Assembly: GCA_024679065.1 (NCBI GenBank)
Contig: JAGIQG010000009.1
Coordinates: 36,704,001 to 36,768,000, forward strand
Direction: 5' to 3'
DNA: 64,000 nt
Source of the DNA: Sphyrna mokarran
Lineage: Eukaryota
In this document: positions 51,558 through 63,500 of the stretch, piece after piece
Layout: each line of letters opens with the position of its first letter
How positions within the stretch are numbered: position 1 is the first letter of the stretch
The notes under the pieces: model-generated
Seen by the model: only the letters and a program-made list of their open reading frames with translations
Databases searched by the model: none
What the model was told of the DNA's origin: nothing
Made by a program: the position numbers and the translations under genes

Positions 51558-54500
51558 CTAAAAATAGTAAAAATTATTTGAAATAATGCATTCACTCTAT
51601 AGGACTTAATTAGAAAAAATCAAAGTTTGAAATGATTAATACCTTTCAGGTGTTTTAGAATGACTTCTATGTCTGTGGCTTCTGTGATGACCTAAATGAC
51701 AGAAACATACATTAAATGGCAAAACAGATTCTTGACAGTTCCCACCACAAAATAACACACCCCTACTCACTTTTCAAAAAGATGGCAATTAATCTATAAT
51801 ATTACGAAACATCCCCAAGGTCACTTCAGAGAGCAGTTAAGAGTGAAACACGTTAGTGTGAAACTGGATTAAAATACAGTTCACAACAGGAAAAACAGGT
51901 TTCTTTCTCATTAAGGACATTACTGAACCATATTTACAAACATCACCAGCTTTGTGCACACACTTTTATATGAAGCTTTTTAAAAACAGAATTCCAATTC
52001 TTAAGCTGTCATGGTGACATTTGGACTTAAGCTCTTTGGACACAAGTCTGAGCCTTTGACACTTGCTGACCCATGGCAATCGCCACACTATACATATATC
52101 AGCTGAAACTGTAAACACAATCAGTAATTGTTGGGCTTATTTAGTGCATATCTGATCATCCTAGACACATAAAGCATCTAGGACATAATGTATGGCTAAT
52201 ACACATCACAAGCTTAAATTAGAAATTATTTGAAATTTATTTTTAAAGATTTTTGCCAACCACACATATTAATGTAGTAACTTTCTACTTAATCAGTGAA
52301 TCTTGATTCTCAATTTTGTTTCTAAGATTGTGGATAATTTGAAATTCTGGTTTGAATTTCTTCAATATAACAATATTCCCTCTTTTGGTTTCTTTCTTTA
52401 GCCTTTCAACCACGCAGTATGTATTGTTTTACTTCCCCCTTCAAATTGTCTATTCTTATTGCTTTCCTCTTCCACCTATTAATTCAAATTCTTCTCCCAC
52501 AGCTCTGATTAACCACCCAAATTTTTAATATTTATTCTTGGGATACGGGTATCACTGGCTCATTCCTAAGATGAAAATTGTAAGATTTGACTTGAAAACA
52601 AGTAAAATAAATTATACCTGGAGATTTGGATCTTGATCTGTGACGACGATCTCTAGATCGACTGCGATGACGCCTGGGACTTTTGCTGCGATGCCTTTCA
52701 CGACGTGGTGATGGGCTTCATTAAAACAAAAACATTAAATAAGAAATAAAAACAATAGATGCATTCACTACCTATAATGACAAGGAAATAGAAAGTGTCT
52801 TACCTTCTTCTCTTGGGGGACCTGCTTCGTCTGTAAAATACAAGATTAAAAATTTGATAACTTTTGAATACTTCCTTTAGCATGATCTAAAGGAAAACGT
52901 ACCTTTATATGTTAAGTATAACTGAAATTTTTTCCAAAATTATGATTATTCTTGTGTCTGTATGCTTTAACTCCTAAATCCTAAACACCAATAAGAGACA
53001 TCTTAAAAGAAAAGATTTACCACACTCAATAGCATAATTAAAGTGAATAAAAGAGAAGAACTTTAGGTACTGTAAATCATAGAATCCCTACAGCGCAGAA
53101 AGAACACTGAGTCTGCACTGACTCTCTGAAAGAAATCAGAAATACACAAGAGCCAAAGTATCAGAGCCCTGCCAAATGGCTTGCTGAATCCACTGGAGGG
53201 AGCCTTGCCTTGGTAGGTTTGTAAAATCCTCACCCAGGACTTGAAATATACAGAGTCATAAAAGTCATAGAAGTTTACAGCACGGAAACAGGTTCTTCGG
53301 CCCAACTTGTCCACGCTGCCCTTTTTTAAAAAACTCTTAAACTAATCCCAATTGCCTGCATTTGGCCCATATCCCTCTATACCCATGTAACTATCTAAAT
53401 GCTTTTTAGAAGTTAAAACTGTACTCGCCTCAACTACTACCTCTGGCAGCTTGTTCCAGACACTCACACCCTGTGTGTGAAAAAACTTTTATATCGCTCC
53501 CCTCTCATCTTAAACCTATACCCTCTAGTTTTAGACTCCCCTATCTTTGGGAAAAGATATTGACTATCTACCTTGTCTATGCCCTTCATTATTTTGTAGA
53601 CCTCTATAAGACCTCCTGAGCTCCAGGGAAAAAAAGTCCCAGTCTATTCAGCCTCTCCTTAAAACTCAATCCATCAAGTTCCAGTAGCGTCCTAGTAAAT
53701 CTTTTCTGCACACTTTCCAGTTTAATAATACATCTGAAATGCTAATCTCCCTTTTCTCACATGCTGATTTGATTTATTATGAATTTCCAGCATTTTGCAT
53801 TTCATTTAATTTGTTAAAAAGTTAAGACTGCAGCTGCTTTCTCACCGCCTTGGTGTTTTGCTTCGACTTCTTCTGTATCGCGGAGATGGAGATCTTCGAG
53901 GCCGATCAAGATCACGGTAGCCTCGTCGTGGAGGCTCTGGTGATGGCACTCTGTCACCCTAGATATTAATGACATTAATGTACAGAAAACTAAGACAGCA
54001 AATTAACCTTTACATAATGCATTTTGCTATCAATCTACTGGATACATACATAGACAATCAAAGTTAACTCCATCCCTTCAATCAGGTGAATTAAATTGTT
54101 GAGATAAGTTGTGTTAAATATGCAAACAAAAGTGCTTTTAAAAAAATGTAACTAGTTTAAAAATTACTTTCAAATGGAAATTCAAAAAACATTTTCTACC
54201 CAGCAGAATGTGGATAGGATATCAAAGAGGTGAGGGGCAAAGGGAGGGAAGATTGAAGCTCCTTCAAAAAACAAACTTAATAAATATTGTGAGAAATGCA
54301 CAAACATGTTTGAGTGCGCTAAAGCTCCAATAAAAAAATCAAATTGGCCCTAGTGTTTATTTTCTGTAGAAAATAACAAATGTTTTTAATACGTGGAAGT
54401 ATTAAGTTAGTTTTGAAGTTCTAAAATACTTAAACATAACAATTCTATTTTTAAAAGAAACACAGGTCAACAAAAATTATGCAGTTTAGTAACAATACAT

Positions 54501-57500
54501 TCTTTTTTTTAGGACTGAATGGATCATCTCAGGTTTGCACTTGCATGCTGGGAAAAATTCTAAAGATTGATTACAAGTAAGTTTATTGTGACAGCCTTGT
54601 TTGGGTCAAATAATCTGTTCCTAAAACAATGTTTTAAAACTGCATGAAAGTACAATAAACATATCCCTTTTGAAAACAGTTGAAGCTATTGTCACAATAA
54701 AAGACAAATATCTGATATTTAGAATAAACTCGTTAGTTGTATACAAACCTTATCATCATCATCATCTTCATCTTCACTAGTGTCGACATCATCCATATCT
54801 TCCTCCAATGCACTGACTCGTGTATCCAGCATCTCTGCTTCTTCCAACACGTAGCGTTTCTAGATAAACAAAATACTATTTTAAAGCTGACTGATTTATT
54901 ACAAACAATTCAAACAGAATGAAAGTTATGCAAAATTCAGATGGATATTTGAAATTAATTAAAATTTTATTTCATTTAGCAAAGGGTTGCCCTTTGCATA
55001 CAAAAAGCCCTCAAAAAGTTTTTTTTTTTAAACAGTATCAAGAAACACTTAAATCTAGCCATTATTGCACTTATGCAAACCACTTCTATTAAATTTCTGC
55101 TTGCAGAATCCCAAGTTATGGATCTTTGGAAAATATAACTGTTGTTAACTGTTACTCTGAATGGGATATGTTCCTGGCACCAACCCCATACTTTTGTATT
55201 CCCCCTTCCAAATACCGAAGGCAAAATTCTTAATCGAAAAGGTTCTACTTGTGAAGAGAGCAACATAGAGTACCTCCTTAGAGATATTCATTTGAAATTC
55301 TAGGAGAAAGCTGTTTGATCGGACAAAATAATAAGCAATTTTGCCGTCTGGCTCAGTACAGCCTCGTTAGCCCAATCACTGTCAAATATATCTATGATCT
55401 TCAGTTGGTCATAGGATCAGATGATTTCAAAGTTTACTACCATTAGCAATTCGCCTGAGCATGAACCAGTCAATGTCACCCTACAGCAAGATTTGGAGAG
55501 GATCTATGCTTAAGTTGACAAGTGACAAGCAACATTCAAAATCACCCAAGTAGTAGGCAATGACCACTTCCAACAAGTAAAGGCATAAAACACATACACC
55601 ATTGCCAAATCTACCAATGTTTCAGCTACCAAGGCTCATACAAAGAATATATTGGAATTCTTACATCCGATCTGGATGGAAGAGGCATCTGAAACAGTCA
55701 AGAAATTTGATACCATGCAAAACAAAGCAATTATTTGGCTGACTCCTCTGCAACTGATCTCAATATCCACTTCTTCATATCAATACATGCACTACATCTG
55801 CAGCACTAGCCAAATGCACTGATGCAACTTATCAAGATTACCCTGATAACTCTTGCTGGCCCTGTGATCTCGACCAGAGGAAAACGTCAGCAATACAATA
55901 GGAACACTAACAACTCAAGGCATCCTTTCAAATCACAAATCAATTGGAGTTGGTTCCTTGTTGTCATGAATTTCCAGATACCAAAATCACCACAAGAACT
56001 GCAGAGATTAGAAATGCTCACTGGTTTAATTAGGGATGGTTGCTTTGGCCATATTCAAAGAACACTTTAAAAAAATGTGGCTGTTTAACTGAGAGATTTT
56101 CCAGTTAGGATGTTGGTGGCCTATTGTTTAAAGTCACCGTGTAGATATTCTACTTGGATACAGACAAAGTCAAATTAAAGAAAAGACAAACATGACTAAT
56201 TCATCCTGCACATTGTCATTTTCTTAGACGGTGTAACATGTAGAAGTTAGTTTTTCCACTTACATCAAAACCTTGCATTGAACCAGCTCAACTGTGTCAG
56301 GCAATTTATCTATTCTGAACAAAAAATGAACTCAGTCCTTATCCAAACACAAGCCTTTTCATATTTAAAAGATGCATCCTTTAGAGCATTGACAAGTCAC
56401 TCACCTTATAGTAACAGATGTAGTCATAATCTAGCAAATGAACAAAGCAAATCTAGCACATGGGGTCAATACTAAATTGATTGAACAAAGTGACATGAGT
56501 GCAATCAATCCATATATTGAAGATTTGCTTCACTATTTTAGAAGATTCTGAGCATTTGTGTAGAATTTTTCAGGACACTAAAAATTATTATACACTTTGT
56601 AGAGAATATTCCATTACATTCTGACTTGTGCCTTGTAGATGGTAGTCAATCTTTGGGGAGACAGGAGTTGAATTACTCATCACATGATTCCTCACCTTTA
56701 CTGCTCTGGTAGCCACAATATTCGTATGGCTAGCCCAGTTCAATCTCTGGTAAATGATAACCCCAGGATGACAGTGGGAAATTCAGCAATGGGATGTTAT
56801 GGGATGATGGTCAGATTTTCTCTTGTTGGAGATGGCCATTGTCTAGCACGTGTGTGATGCAAATGCTCCTCGTTACCCCATGCTTGGATATTGTCCTGGT
56901 CTTGTTGTATCTGAACACGGACATGGACTGCTTCAGTATCTGAGGAGTTGCAAATGGTGCTGAACATTGTTTGCTGATGACTTCACATTCTCACCCCTAA
57001 CCTTACGATGGAAGTAAGATCATTGATGAAACAGCTGAGCTTAGAACACTACCTTGAATAATTCCTGTAGTGATGCCCTGGAGCTGAGATGTTGACCTCC
57101 AACCACCAAAACCATCTTCCTTTGTGCCAGGTATTACCCCAGCCAGTGGAAGGGTTTCACCCCGAAGCCCACCGACCCCAGTTTTGCCAGGACTTCTTGA
57201 TGCCAAACTCAGTCAAATGTTGCCTTAATATCAAGGGCAGTCACTCTCACCTCACTGTCAGTAATTTTGCAAGAAAAGTAAACCACATTTTACTCCAAGA
57301 TACAATTTAACAAACAATTCTCTGAACCCCAGATATTCTTGTTTGTCTTAAAGTGCTGACTCTTTAGTGCATATGGTTCCATAGGCATCATCAGCCCTTT
57401 GTTGCTTTGTCATAGTAGCCATTCTTTACGCATGAGCCTACAGTGTGGATATTGGCACACGGTTTAATCATAGTGGTGTTTGGGGGATCAAGGAGGAAGG

Positions 57501-60500
57501 CACCAGCACATTGTAGCTGTATCAATTCCTATTCTCACCTAATACTTTTCAATAAGAGAGAGTGGAAAAAAGGTCAGTCTTTTCATTTTCCTCATGTTAA
57601 GTACTAATAATTGGAGATAAAGAACAAACATTTCTCAATATTATAATTTTGTACCTGAAGTCGGGGCAAGATAATATCACAAACTCGCTCTTCATGGAGT
57701 AACTCATCCATAAATTCATCCACATGAATAAGTTCAAACTCTGGAGAAGAAGAGAACATGATAATGTGAATCCAAAGTAATATATCAAAACTTGAAGTTT
57801 CATCTTAGCTTAGAAATTATTTATATGTAAATAAGTGAGCACTCGTTGATCCCATTTAAGAATTGATTAACTTGGAAGAAAATTAAGTCTAAAATACCTA
57901 GAATTAAAACTAGATCTTGAAGCTTTTGACACAATTTCATAACTCTTCATAATTTGCAATATGCAATGTAAAATAATTTTACAATAGACAAGTTTAATAT
58001 AAGCAGATTGAGCATGATTCAAGTCACCAGATTTCTCAACTGACTTAGTTTACAACCATCAAGGATACAACAATAATTTTCAAGGATTTAACAGTCAAAA
58101 ATGAAAGTTTGTTACTGAGAGTGAATACTTGTGAGTGAACTGAGATTAGAAATTGATGTGTACCAAACAATTGATAATAAAGCGATTTCATATCACTGCA
58201 ATCTATTTTTCAATATCATTAGTGAACAAAGTACATTTGCTCCAAAAGTTTCATGCCACAAGGCACTTAATTCTGGAAAACAATTAGGTCCCACTTTTAC
58301 TCACAGCTGGAACAATCTTTACCTCCATCTCTCTTTTGTCTCTTCACTTTTCGATAATCATTATAGAGTGGTTCCAGATATTTATAACAATCAATGGCAG
58401 AGCCCGTCAGCCGCATGTACAAAGCACCCAGCAACCTAACATACCTGGGTTAAAAAAAAATTTAAAAGAGTTTAAGCTTCAGTTAGGAAATTCTTCATTT
58501 GTAAAACACATTGCTTCATTGATAATCTAATAACATTTGACACCAGAGAACTTCATTGTGCAATAAGAAAGTATATATGTAACGCTTCATTCATGTCATT
58601 GCACAGGGCAACTAATATCCAACGCTCATTGATTTCTTTCTCCCCGTAACAAGGGCAATTACATTTTACTTCCTGCAGTTTCATTTTTTTTGTAATAATC
58701 TCCATTCATGTTGAAGAATGAATAGTTTAATGTGCACAGCTTCCTCAAATTGGTGTTCTTCATGTATATGTTAAGAATGGTAAGTCAACGAAGAACTGCA
58801 TCGCAATCCAGCATGACTCTGTTCTCAGAGTCCTCATATGCACATTTTCTAACAGGAAACATCAAATAGCAAAATGAACCAGAAACTGTGGCTAATTATT
58901 TATACTTCAGCATATTCATTGCTTTAACATTTATCTGGATTATAACTGGACAATGAACATTGAAATTGATAAGTTTATGAATTATTTGATTATAAATAAA
59001 TTTTACGTACTTAAAATCTTCATTCTTTATAAATTCAACAATGATATCCTTTTCAGGTTGAATTTGAAGCATCTTAAGGGTCAGACAAAGGAATGGTGAA
59101 GGTTTAATATTCCCACCATAGACACCACCAATGTATTTCAGTTCCATGGCTTTGTCCACAACCAATTCCGCTAAGAAGCAAAGGAAAAATCTGTTTGTGA
59201 TAATATTTTCAAAGCATAGGCCAACTTCTCAATAACTGAATCAATCTGTTATTAGACTTAAAAAATAAAGCCTTGTAAGGATTGTAATAAAGAAGATGCA
59301 AGAGCTAACAACGAAAATGCAACTGAGTGTTTAAAGAAAGTTTCTAAACTACAATTTAACACAAGTGCAATTGGCTCATCAATAAATCACTCACCTGACG
59401 AAGGGGCAATGTTCCAAAAGCTCATGCCACTGTGTTGGACATTAACCTGGGGCTGTGAGACTACTTATTGTGCCTATCCCAGTCCAACGCGAGCAACTCC
59501 ACATAATAAATAAACCTTGAGCCCTCCATCCCCGCAACTTCTACTGCATTTCCCACTTTCCTTTCTTTGCCAGAGTCCTTGAATGTTGTCATCTCTTAGA
59601 TGTCTACGCATCTTTCCTAGTATTCTGTTTTTGAATCACTCTTGCCATAGTATAAAATGAATCTTGTCAAAATCACAAATTACATCCTATGCAACTGTGA
59701 CAAAAGCTAATTATCCCTCTTTGTCCATCTCAACTTCACAGTGGTTAGTACTGCTCCCTCACAGCATCAGGGGCCCGTGTTCGATCCCTGCTTGGGTCAC
59801 ATGTCTGCATGAATTTCCTCCCAGTGCTTCATTTCCTCCCATAGTCCAAAACATAGATTGATTAGGTGCACTGATCTTGCTAAAATGTCCCTCAGTGTAC
59901 CCAAACAGGCAACATAGGGATTTTCACAGTAACTTCATTGCACTGTTAATGTAATCCTACTTGTGACAATAAATAAATAAACTTAAACCTGTCTGCAACC
60001 TTTTACATGGTTAACCACACCAGTCTTCACCATCGACCAGCTGTGTGACACTGCACTTGCTTGGTTCCATTCTTACTTATTTAATCAAAGCCAAAGCATC
60101 ACTTGCAATGCTTTCTTTTCCCTATCATACACTTTTCTCCCTGACATCCCTCAGGATCTTTGCCTCCTTCCCTCCTATTTCTCACTTGTATGCTGCCCCC
60201 AACAATATCACCTGAAACCGCACCCATTTCCATGGGAATGCCAATAACATCCAGCTGTTACCTCGCCACCACCTCTCTCAACTCTTCTGCCATTTTTAAC
60301 TTGTCAGACAGCTCCAATACCAGATCAGCAGAAATTTTTCCAGCTAAACTTTGCTGACAACTAAGCCATTGTCTTCAATGCTCACCAGAAACTCCATTTC
60401 CTAACTAGCCACCACATTCCTCTCCGAGGATGAGCTAGACTGTTCATAACCTTAGTGTTATATTTGACCCAGAAAGATTCTGACCACATATTTATCTCAT

Positions 60501-61940
60501 TAGTAAGACCACCAATTTCCACATGCATAATGTTGCCACACTATCACAATACAATCCTGTTTAGCCTTACACTTTTTACTTTCTGCATTTCCATATCCTA
60601 ACTTGTACTGAGTGCCACTCACGCCATTATCCACATTCTTGTTGATTTACATTGGCTCCCCAATTGAGTAATACCAACTTTTTTTTCAGATCCCTCAAAG
60701 GCTTCATCCTCCCTACCTTTTTAATCTCATTCAGCCTTACAACCTTTGCAGTTATCAATACTTCTTGAATTGTGGTCTTGTATTTCATTCACTCCAACAC
60801 TGGAGGCTGTGTCTTTAGCTGCCAAGGTCTGGAATTCACTCTGTAAACTTCACCTCTGCACCTTGCTTTCCTTCTTCAAGATGCCTCTTAAAACTTATTT
60901 CTTTGCCAAAGCTTATTATCATCTGCCCTAATCTCTCACGTGGCTCAATGTTAAATTTTGATAATGATTCCGTGCAGTACCTTGATAATTATGTCATTCC
61001 TCATTTTTCTTCACAAAATGTATTAACTCACACAATCTAATTAAATTATCCTGTCCAAATTTGTCCATTCTGCTAACCTATCTATGCCTCCTTTTCTACT
61101 ATTGTCAAACAGTTTCCACATTCTCAACATTATTTTGAGACTATATTGATATGAAAACAATGAAATCTTAGTATAAAACTTCTCAGTTTATTTATTAGTC
61201 ACAACTAGGCTTATGTCAACACTGCAACGAAGTTACTGTGAAAATGCCTTAGTCACCACACTCTGGCACCTGTTTGGGTACACTGAGCACAACCAGTGCA
61301 CCTAACCAGTACACCTTTCGGATTGTGGGAGGAAACTGGAGCAAACCCACACAGACACAGGGAGAACATGCAGACTCTGCATAGACGTGACCCAACTTGG
61401 GAATTCGAACCTGGGTCTCTGGTGTTGTAAGACAGTGTGCTAACTACTGCACCACTGTGCCAATCAGGGGAAACTCAGTAAGAGACCTGACAACACCAAT
61501 TTTAAATCCAACCGATTTATTTGATAGTAAACTTGCTAGCTTTCGGCCTTTGTGCCTTCGTCAGACGGATGAGGTGTTCTGGTCTGTTCTGGCAGACCAG
61601 AACACCTCATCCACCTGACGAAGGCACAAAGGCTGAAAGCTAGCAAGTTTACTATCAAATAAATTGGTTGGATTTAAAATTGGTGTTGCTAAATTCTTAC
61701 TGAGTCCTTACTACCCCAGTCCAACGCCGGCATCTATACATCCTGGCAAAGGGGCCCAGGCCTCAATCATAGTCTAAAACTGTGCTTGATTCTCCAGCCC
61801 CATTCTCTACCTGTCAGCCCGAAACATTCTTCCTTCCAGTACTTGGACTCGTAGATACGGGTGCGAATGATTTTCTCGATCAAATACTGCGGGTTAGTCC
61901 CATGAATGCTATGAGCATCTTTCACCGTCCGGTTCGCCAT
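51515..61940 (-). CDS. PRPF38A: Pre-mRNA-splicing factor 38A, complete 10-exon CDS (939 nt, 312 aa)
   Basis: MANRTVKDAHSIHGTNPQYLIEKIIRTRIYESKYWKEECFGLT start, PRP38 domain, acidic stretch and RS-rich tail ending SKKSHKKSRRGNE*. All introns GT-AG; exon lengths 130,160,122,86,111,113,27,98,49,43. Confidence 0.96.
51643..51691 (-). CDS. PRPF38A: PRPF38A exon 9 (GHHRSHRHRSHSKTPE)
   Basis: ttag acceptor, gtatta donor. Confidence 0.92.
52618..52715 (-). CDS. PRPF38A: PRPF38A exon 8 (PSPRRERHRSKSPRRHRSRSRDRRHRSRSKSP)
   Basis: gaag acceptor, gtataa donor; RS domain. Confidence 0.92.
52804..52830 (-). CDS. PRPF38A: PRPF38A exon 7, 27-nt microexon (RSRSPKRR)
   Basis: acag acceptor, gtaaga donor; phase-compatible. 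Confidence 0.9.
53255..53730 (-). mobile_element. CR1-like LINE 3' end
   Basis: catagaagtttacagcacggaaacagg..ttcggccc tail and RT C-terminal remnants. Confidence 0.75.
53846..53958 (-). CDS. PRPF38A: PRPF38A exon 6 (GDRVPSPEPPRRGYRDLDRPRRSPSPRYRRSRSKTPR)
   Basis: ctag acceptor, gtgaga donor. Confidence 0.92.
54749..54859 (-). CDS. PRPF38A: PRPF38A exon 5 (KRYVLEEAEMLDTRVSALEEDMDDVDTSEDEDDDDDK)
   Basis: ctag acceptor, gtttgt donor. Confidence 0.93.
56630..57260 (-). mobile_element. Decayed CR1/L2-clade LINE RT fragment
   Basis: ORF 57003..57206 contains ITTGIIQGSVL (RT G.PQGS motif); related copies at 55320-56050 and 63125-63500 in opposite orientation. Confidence 0.55.
57655..57740 (-). 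CDS. PRPF38A: PRPF38A exon 4 (EFELIHVDEFMDELLHEERVCDIILPRLQ)
   Basis: ccag acceptor, gtacaa donor. Confidence 0.94.
58323..58444 (-). CDS. PRPF38A: PRPF38A exon 3 (YVRLLGALYMRLTGSAIDCYKYLEPLYNDYRK...DG)
   Basis: ccag acceptor, gtaaag donor. Confidence 0.94.
59011..59170 (-). CDS. PRPF38A: PRPF38A exon 2 (AELVVDKAMELKYIGGVYGGNIKPSPFLCL...NEDFK)
   Basis: ORF 58896..59165; ttag acceptor, gtacgt donor. Confidence 0.95.
59391..59504 (+). mobile_element. Penelope-like pseudo-LTR remnant (same family)
   Basis: tcacctgacgaaggggcaatgttccaaaagctc...gttggacattaacctgg...ccagtccaacgc. Confidence 0.6.
59737..59985 (+). mobile_element. tRNA-derived SINE
   Basis: cacagtggttagtactgct..gttcgatccc..gttaatgtaatcctacttgtgacaataaataaataaa. 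Confidence 0.75.
61187..61460 (-). mobile_element. tRNA-derived SINE
   Basis: Reverse complement of the same family (gggaggaaactggagc..gaattcgaacctggg..gctaactactgcaccac). Confidence 0.8.
61473..61740. mobile_element. Penelope-like pseudo-LTR element in inverted (palindromic) arrangement with hammerhead-like cores
   Basis: Arms 61473-61586 and 61593-61705 are reverse complements; CTGACGA-A-GGC..GCC/T-GAAA-GCTA motif; 3' tail ccccagtccaacgccggcatct shared with copies at 4133 and 59391. Confidence 0.7.
61811..61940 (-). CDS. PRPF38A: PRPF38A exon 1 (coding part)
   Basis: ATG at 61940; donor gtagag. Confidence 0.95.
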
Positions 61941-61985
61941 TGCAATCCCGGCAGGCAAGGCGGCACCTGAGTCAGAACTCGATGG

Positions 61986-62107
61986 AGCGCCCCCTCCGGC
62001 CGGGCAGACATCCCGCTCACAGCGCCCCCCTCCGGCCGGGCAGACATCCCGCTCACAGCGCCCCCTCCGGCCGGGCAGACATCCCGCTCACAGCGCCCCC
62101 TCCGGCC
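61986..62107. repeat. 35/36-bp GC-rich minisatellite, ~3.5 copies (AGCGCCCCCTCCGGCCGGGCAGACATCCCGCTCAC)
   Basis: Direct tandem copies read in sequence. Confidence 0.95.
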
Positions 62108-62214
62108 TGGAGGAACTCAGGTATTTTGTAATTAATTTAAATATACCCAGAATGCATTGTGATGCCTTAGCTGACCGGAATGGCGCGAAAATCTCACATT
62201 GCGGCTGAGGAAAA

Positions 62215-62385
62215 GATAGCGGGGAATCGGCCGGAGCGGAGAGGATAGCGGGGAATCGGCCGGAGCGGAGAGGATAGCGGGGAATCGGCCGGAGCGGAGA
62301 GGATAGCGGGGAATCGGCCGGAGCGGAGAGGATAGCGGGGAATCGGCCGGAGCGGAGAGGGTAGCGGGGAATCGGCCGGAGCGGA
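62215..62385. repeat. 29-bp minisatellite, ~6 copies (GATAGCGGGGAATCGGCCGGAGCGGAGAG)
   Basis: Five identical copies plus one near-complete copy. Confidence 0.97.
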
Positions 62386-63124
62386 TTTTAATTCTTGTGT
62401 TTCACTTTAAATTTTATCCGGGTGGGAATCACCCTGCTTCTCCTCAGCGGGTGTATTTTATTTCATTTTTTATGTTTTATCTTCTGGAGTTTGCCGAACC
62501 TCTGCTGAAATGAGCAGCTATCTGACCAGGTTGAGGGAGCGGCAGAGACACATTTACAGCTGGGCTGGCAATGCTATCGATGTGAACCGCAGATTGCGGC
62601 AGACCGGCTATGAGTGAGTGACTGCTGAATCTCATCCAGATTAATAGTGATATCTGAATCAGACAGACTGGGATGTGGAAATGTGACCGCCTCAAGTTAC
62701 CCTAATCCAGCCCTACACTTATTTTTCTTTGTTTCTGTCTCAAATCAGCAATCCCCTGTTTATAAAGTAGTTCTGGATTCTCCCTCAAGAGGAAACATCC
62801 TCTCCGTATCCACCCTGTCCATACCCTAAATCTTAAAAGTCTTGATCAAGTTGCCTCTTATTTTTCTAAGCTTGAGTGAATACAAAACTATTCTTCTGTG
62901 AGGGCAGGTTGTTTCCTCACAAAACAACCTGCCCATTCCTGGTGTTAGTTTAGAAGGTTTATCTCCCATCTTTTCTTCAGTGAGGAAGCCAGTCTTATAC
63001 ACAATACTCCAGATGTGGTTTCACCAATGTTCCATACAACTGAAACATTATCTTCCTACTTCAAAAATGATAACATTTTGTTAGCATTCCCAATTATTTG
63101 TTGGACTGAATAGCCTACTTCTAC

Positions 63125-63500
63125 TGGCTCTATCTGTATGCTATCAACATCCTGGGACTATCATTGATCAGAAACTGAACTGTCCTGGCCACGTAAACAT
63201 TGTGGCTATAAAAGCAGGTCGGAGACAAGGAATCTTGTATTAAGTAACTCACCTCCTGACTTCCCAAAATCTGTCCACCATCCACAAGGCACAAATCAGG
63301 AGTGTGATAGAGTACTTGCCTCTTGGCAGGATGAACAGCACTGAAGAAGATTAACAGCATAACAAAGCGATCCCTATGATTGTCAACCCCATCTATAAAC
63401 ATTCACTTTCTCTACCACTGTACAGTGGCAACAGTATGTACCATTTCAAGGATGCACTGCAGCAAGTCACCCAGCATCTTCCAAACCTTTAACTTTAGTA
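63125..63500 (+). mobile_element. Decayed CR1/L2-clade LINE fragment
   Basis: aacatcctgggact..gatcagaaactgaactg..cacaaggcacaaatcaggagtgtga, reverse-complement similarity to the 56630 copy. Confidence 0.5.

Larger units (their letters stand above)
61941..62450. promoter_or_regulatory. GC/CpG-rich promoter of PRPF38A, probably bidirectional (ORC1 side); E2F site TGGCGCGAAA 62181-62190 and ETS-like CCGGAA just upstream
   Basis: The only clearly CpG-rich stretch in the window; reverse complement TTTCGCGC is the canonical E2F element. Confidence 0.65.

Noticed and set aside
62215-62385. CRISPR-like array of 29-bp repeats
   Set aside because: Units are contiguous with no unique spacers, the context is eukaryotic, and there are no cas genes.
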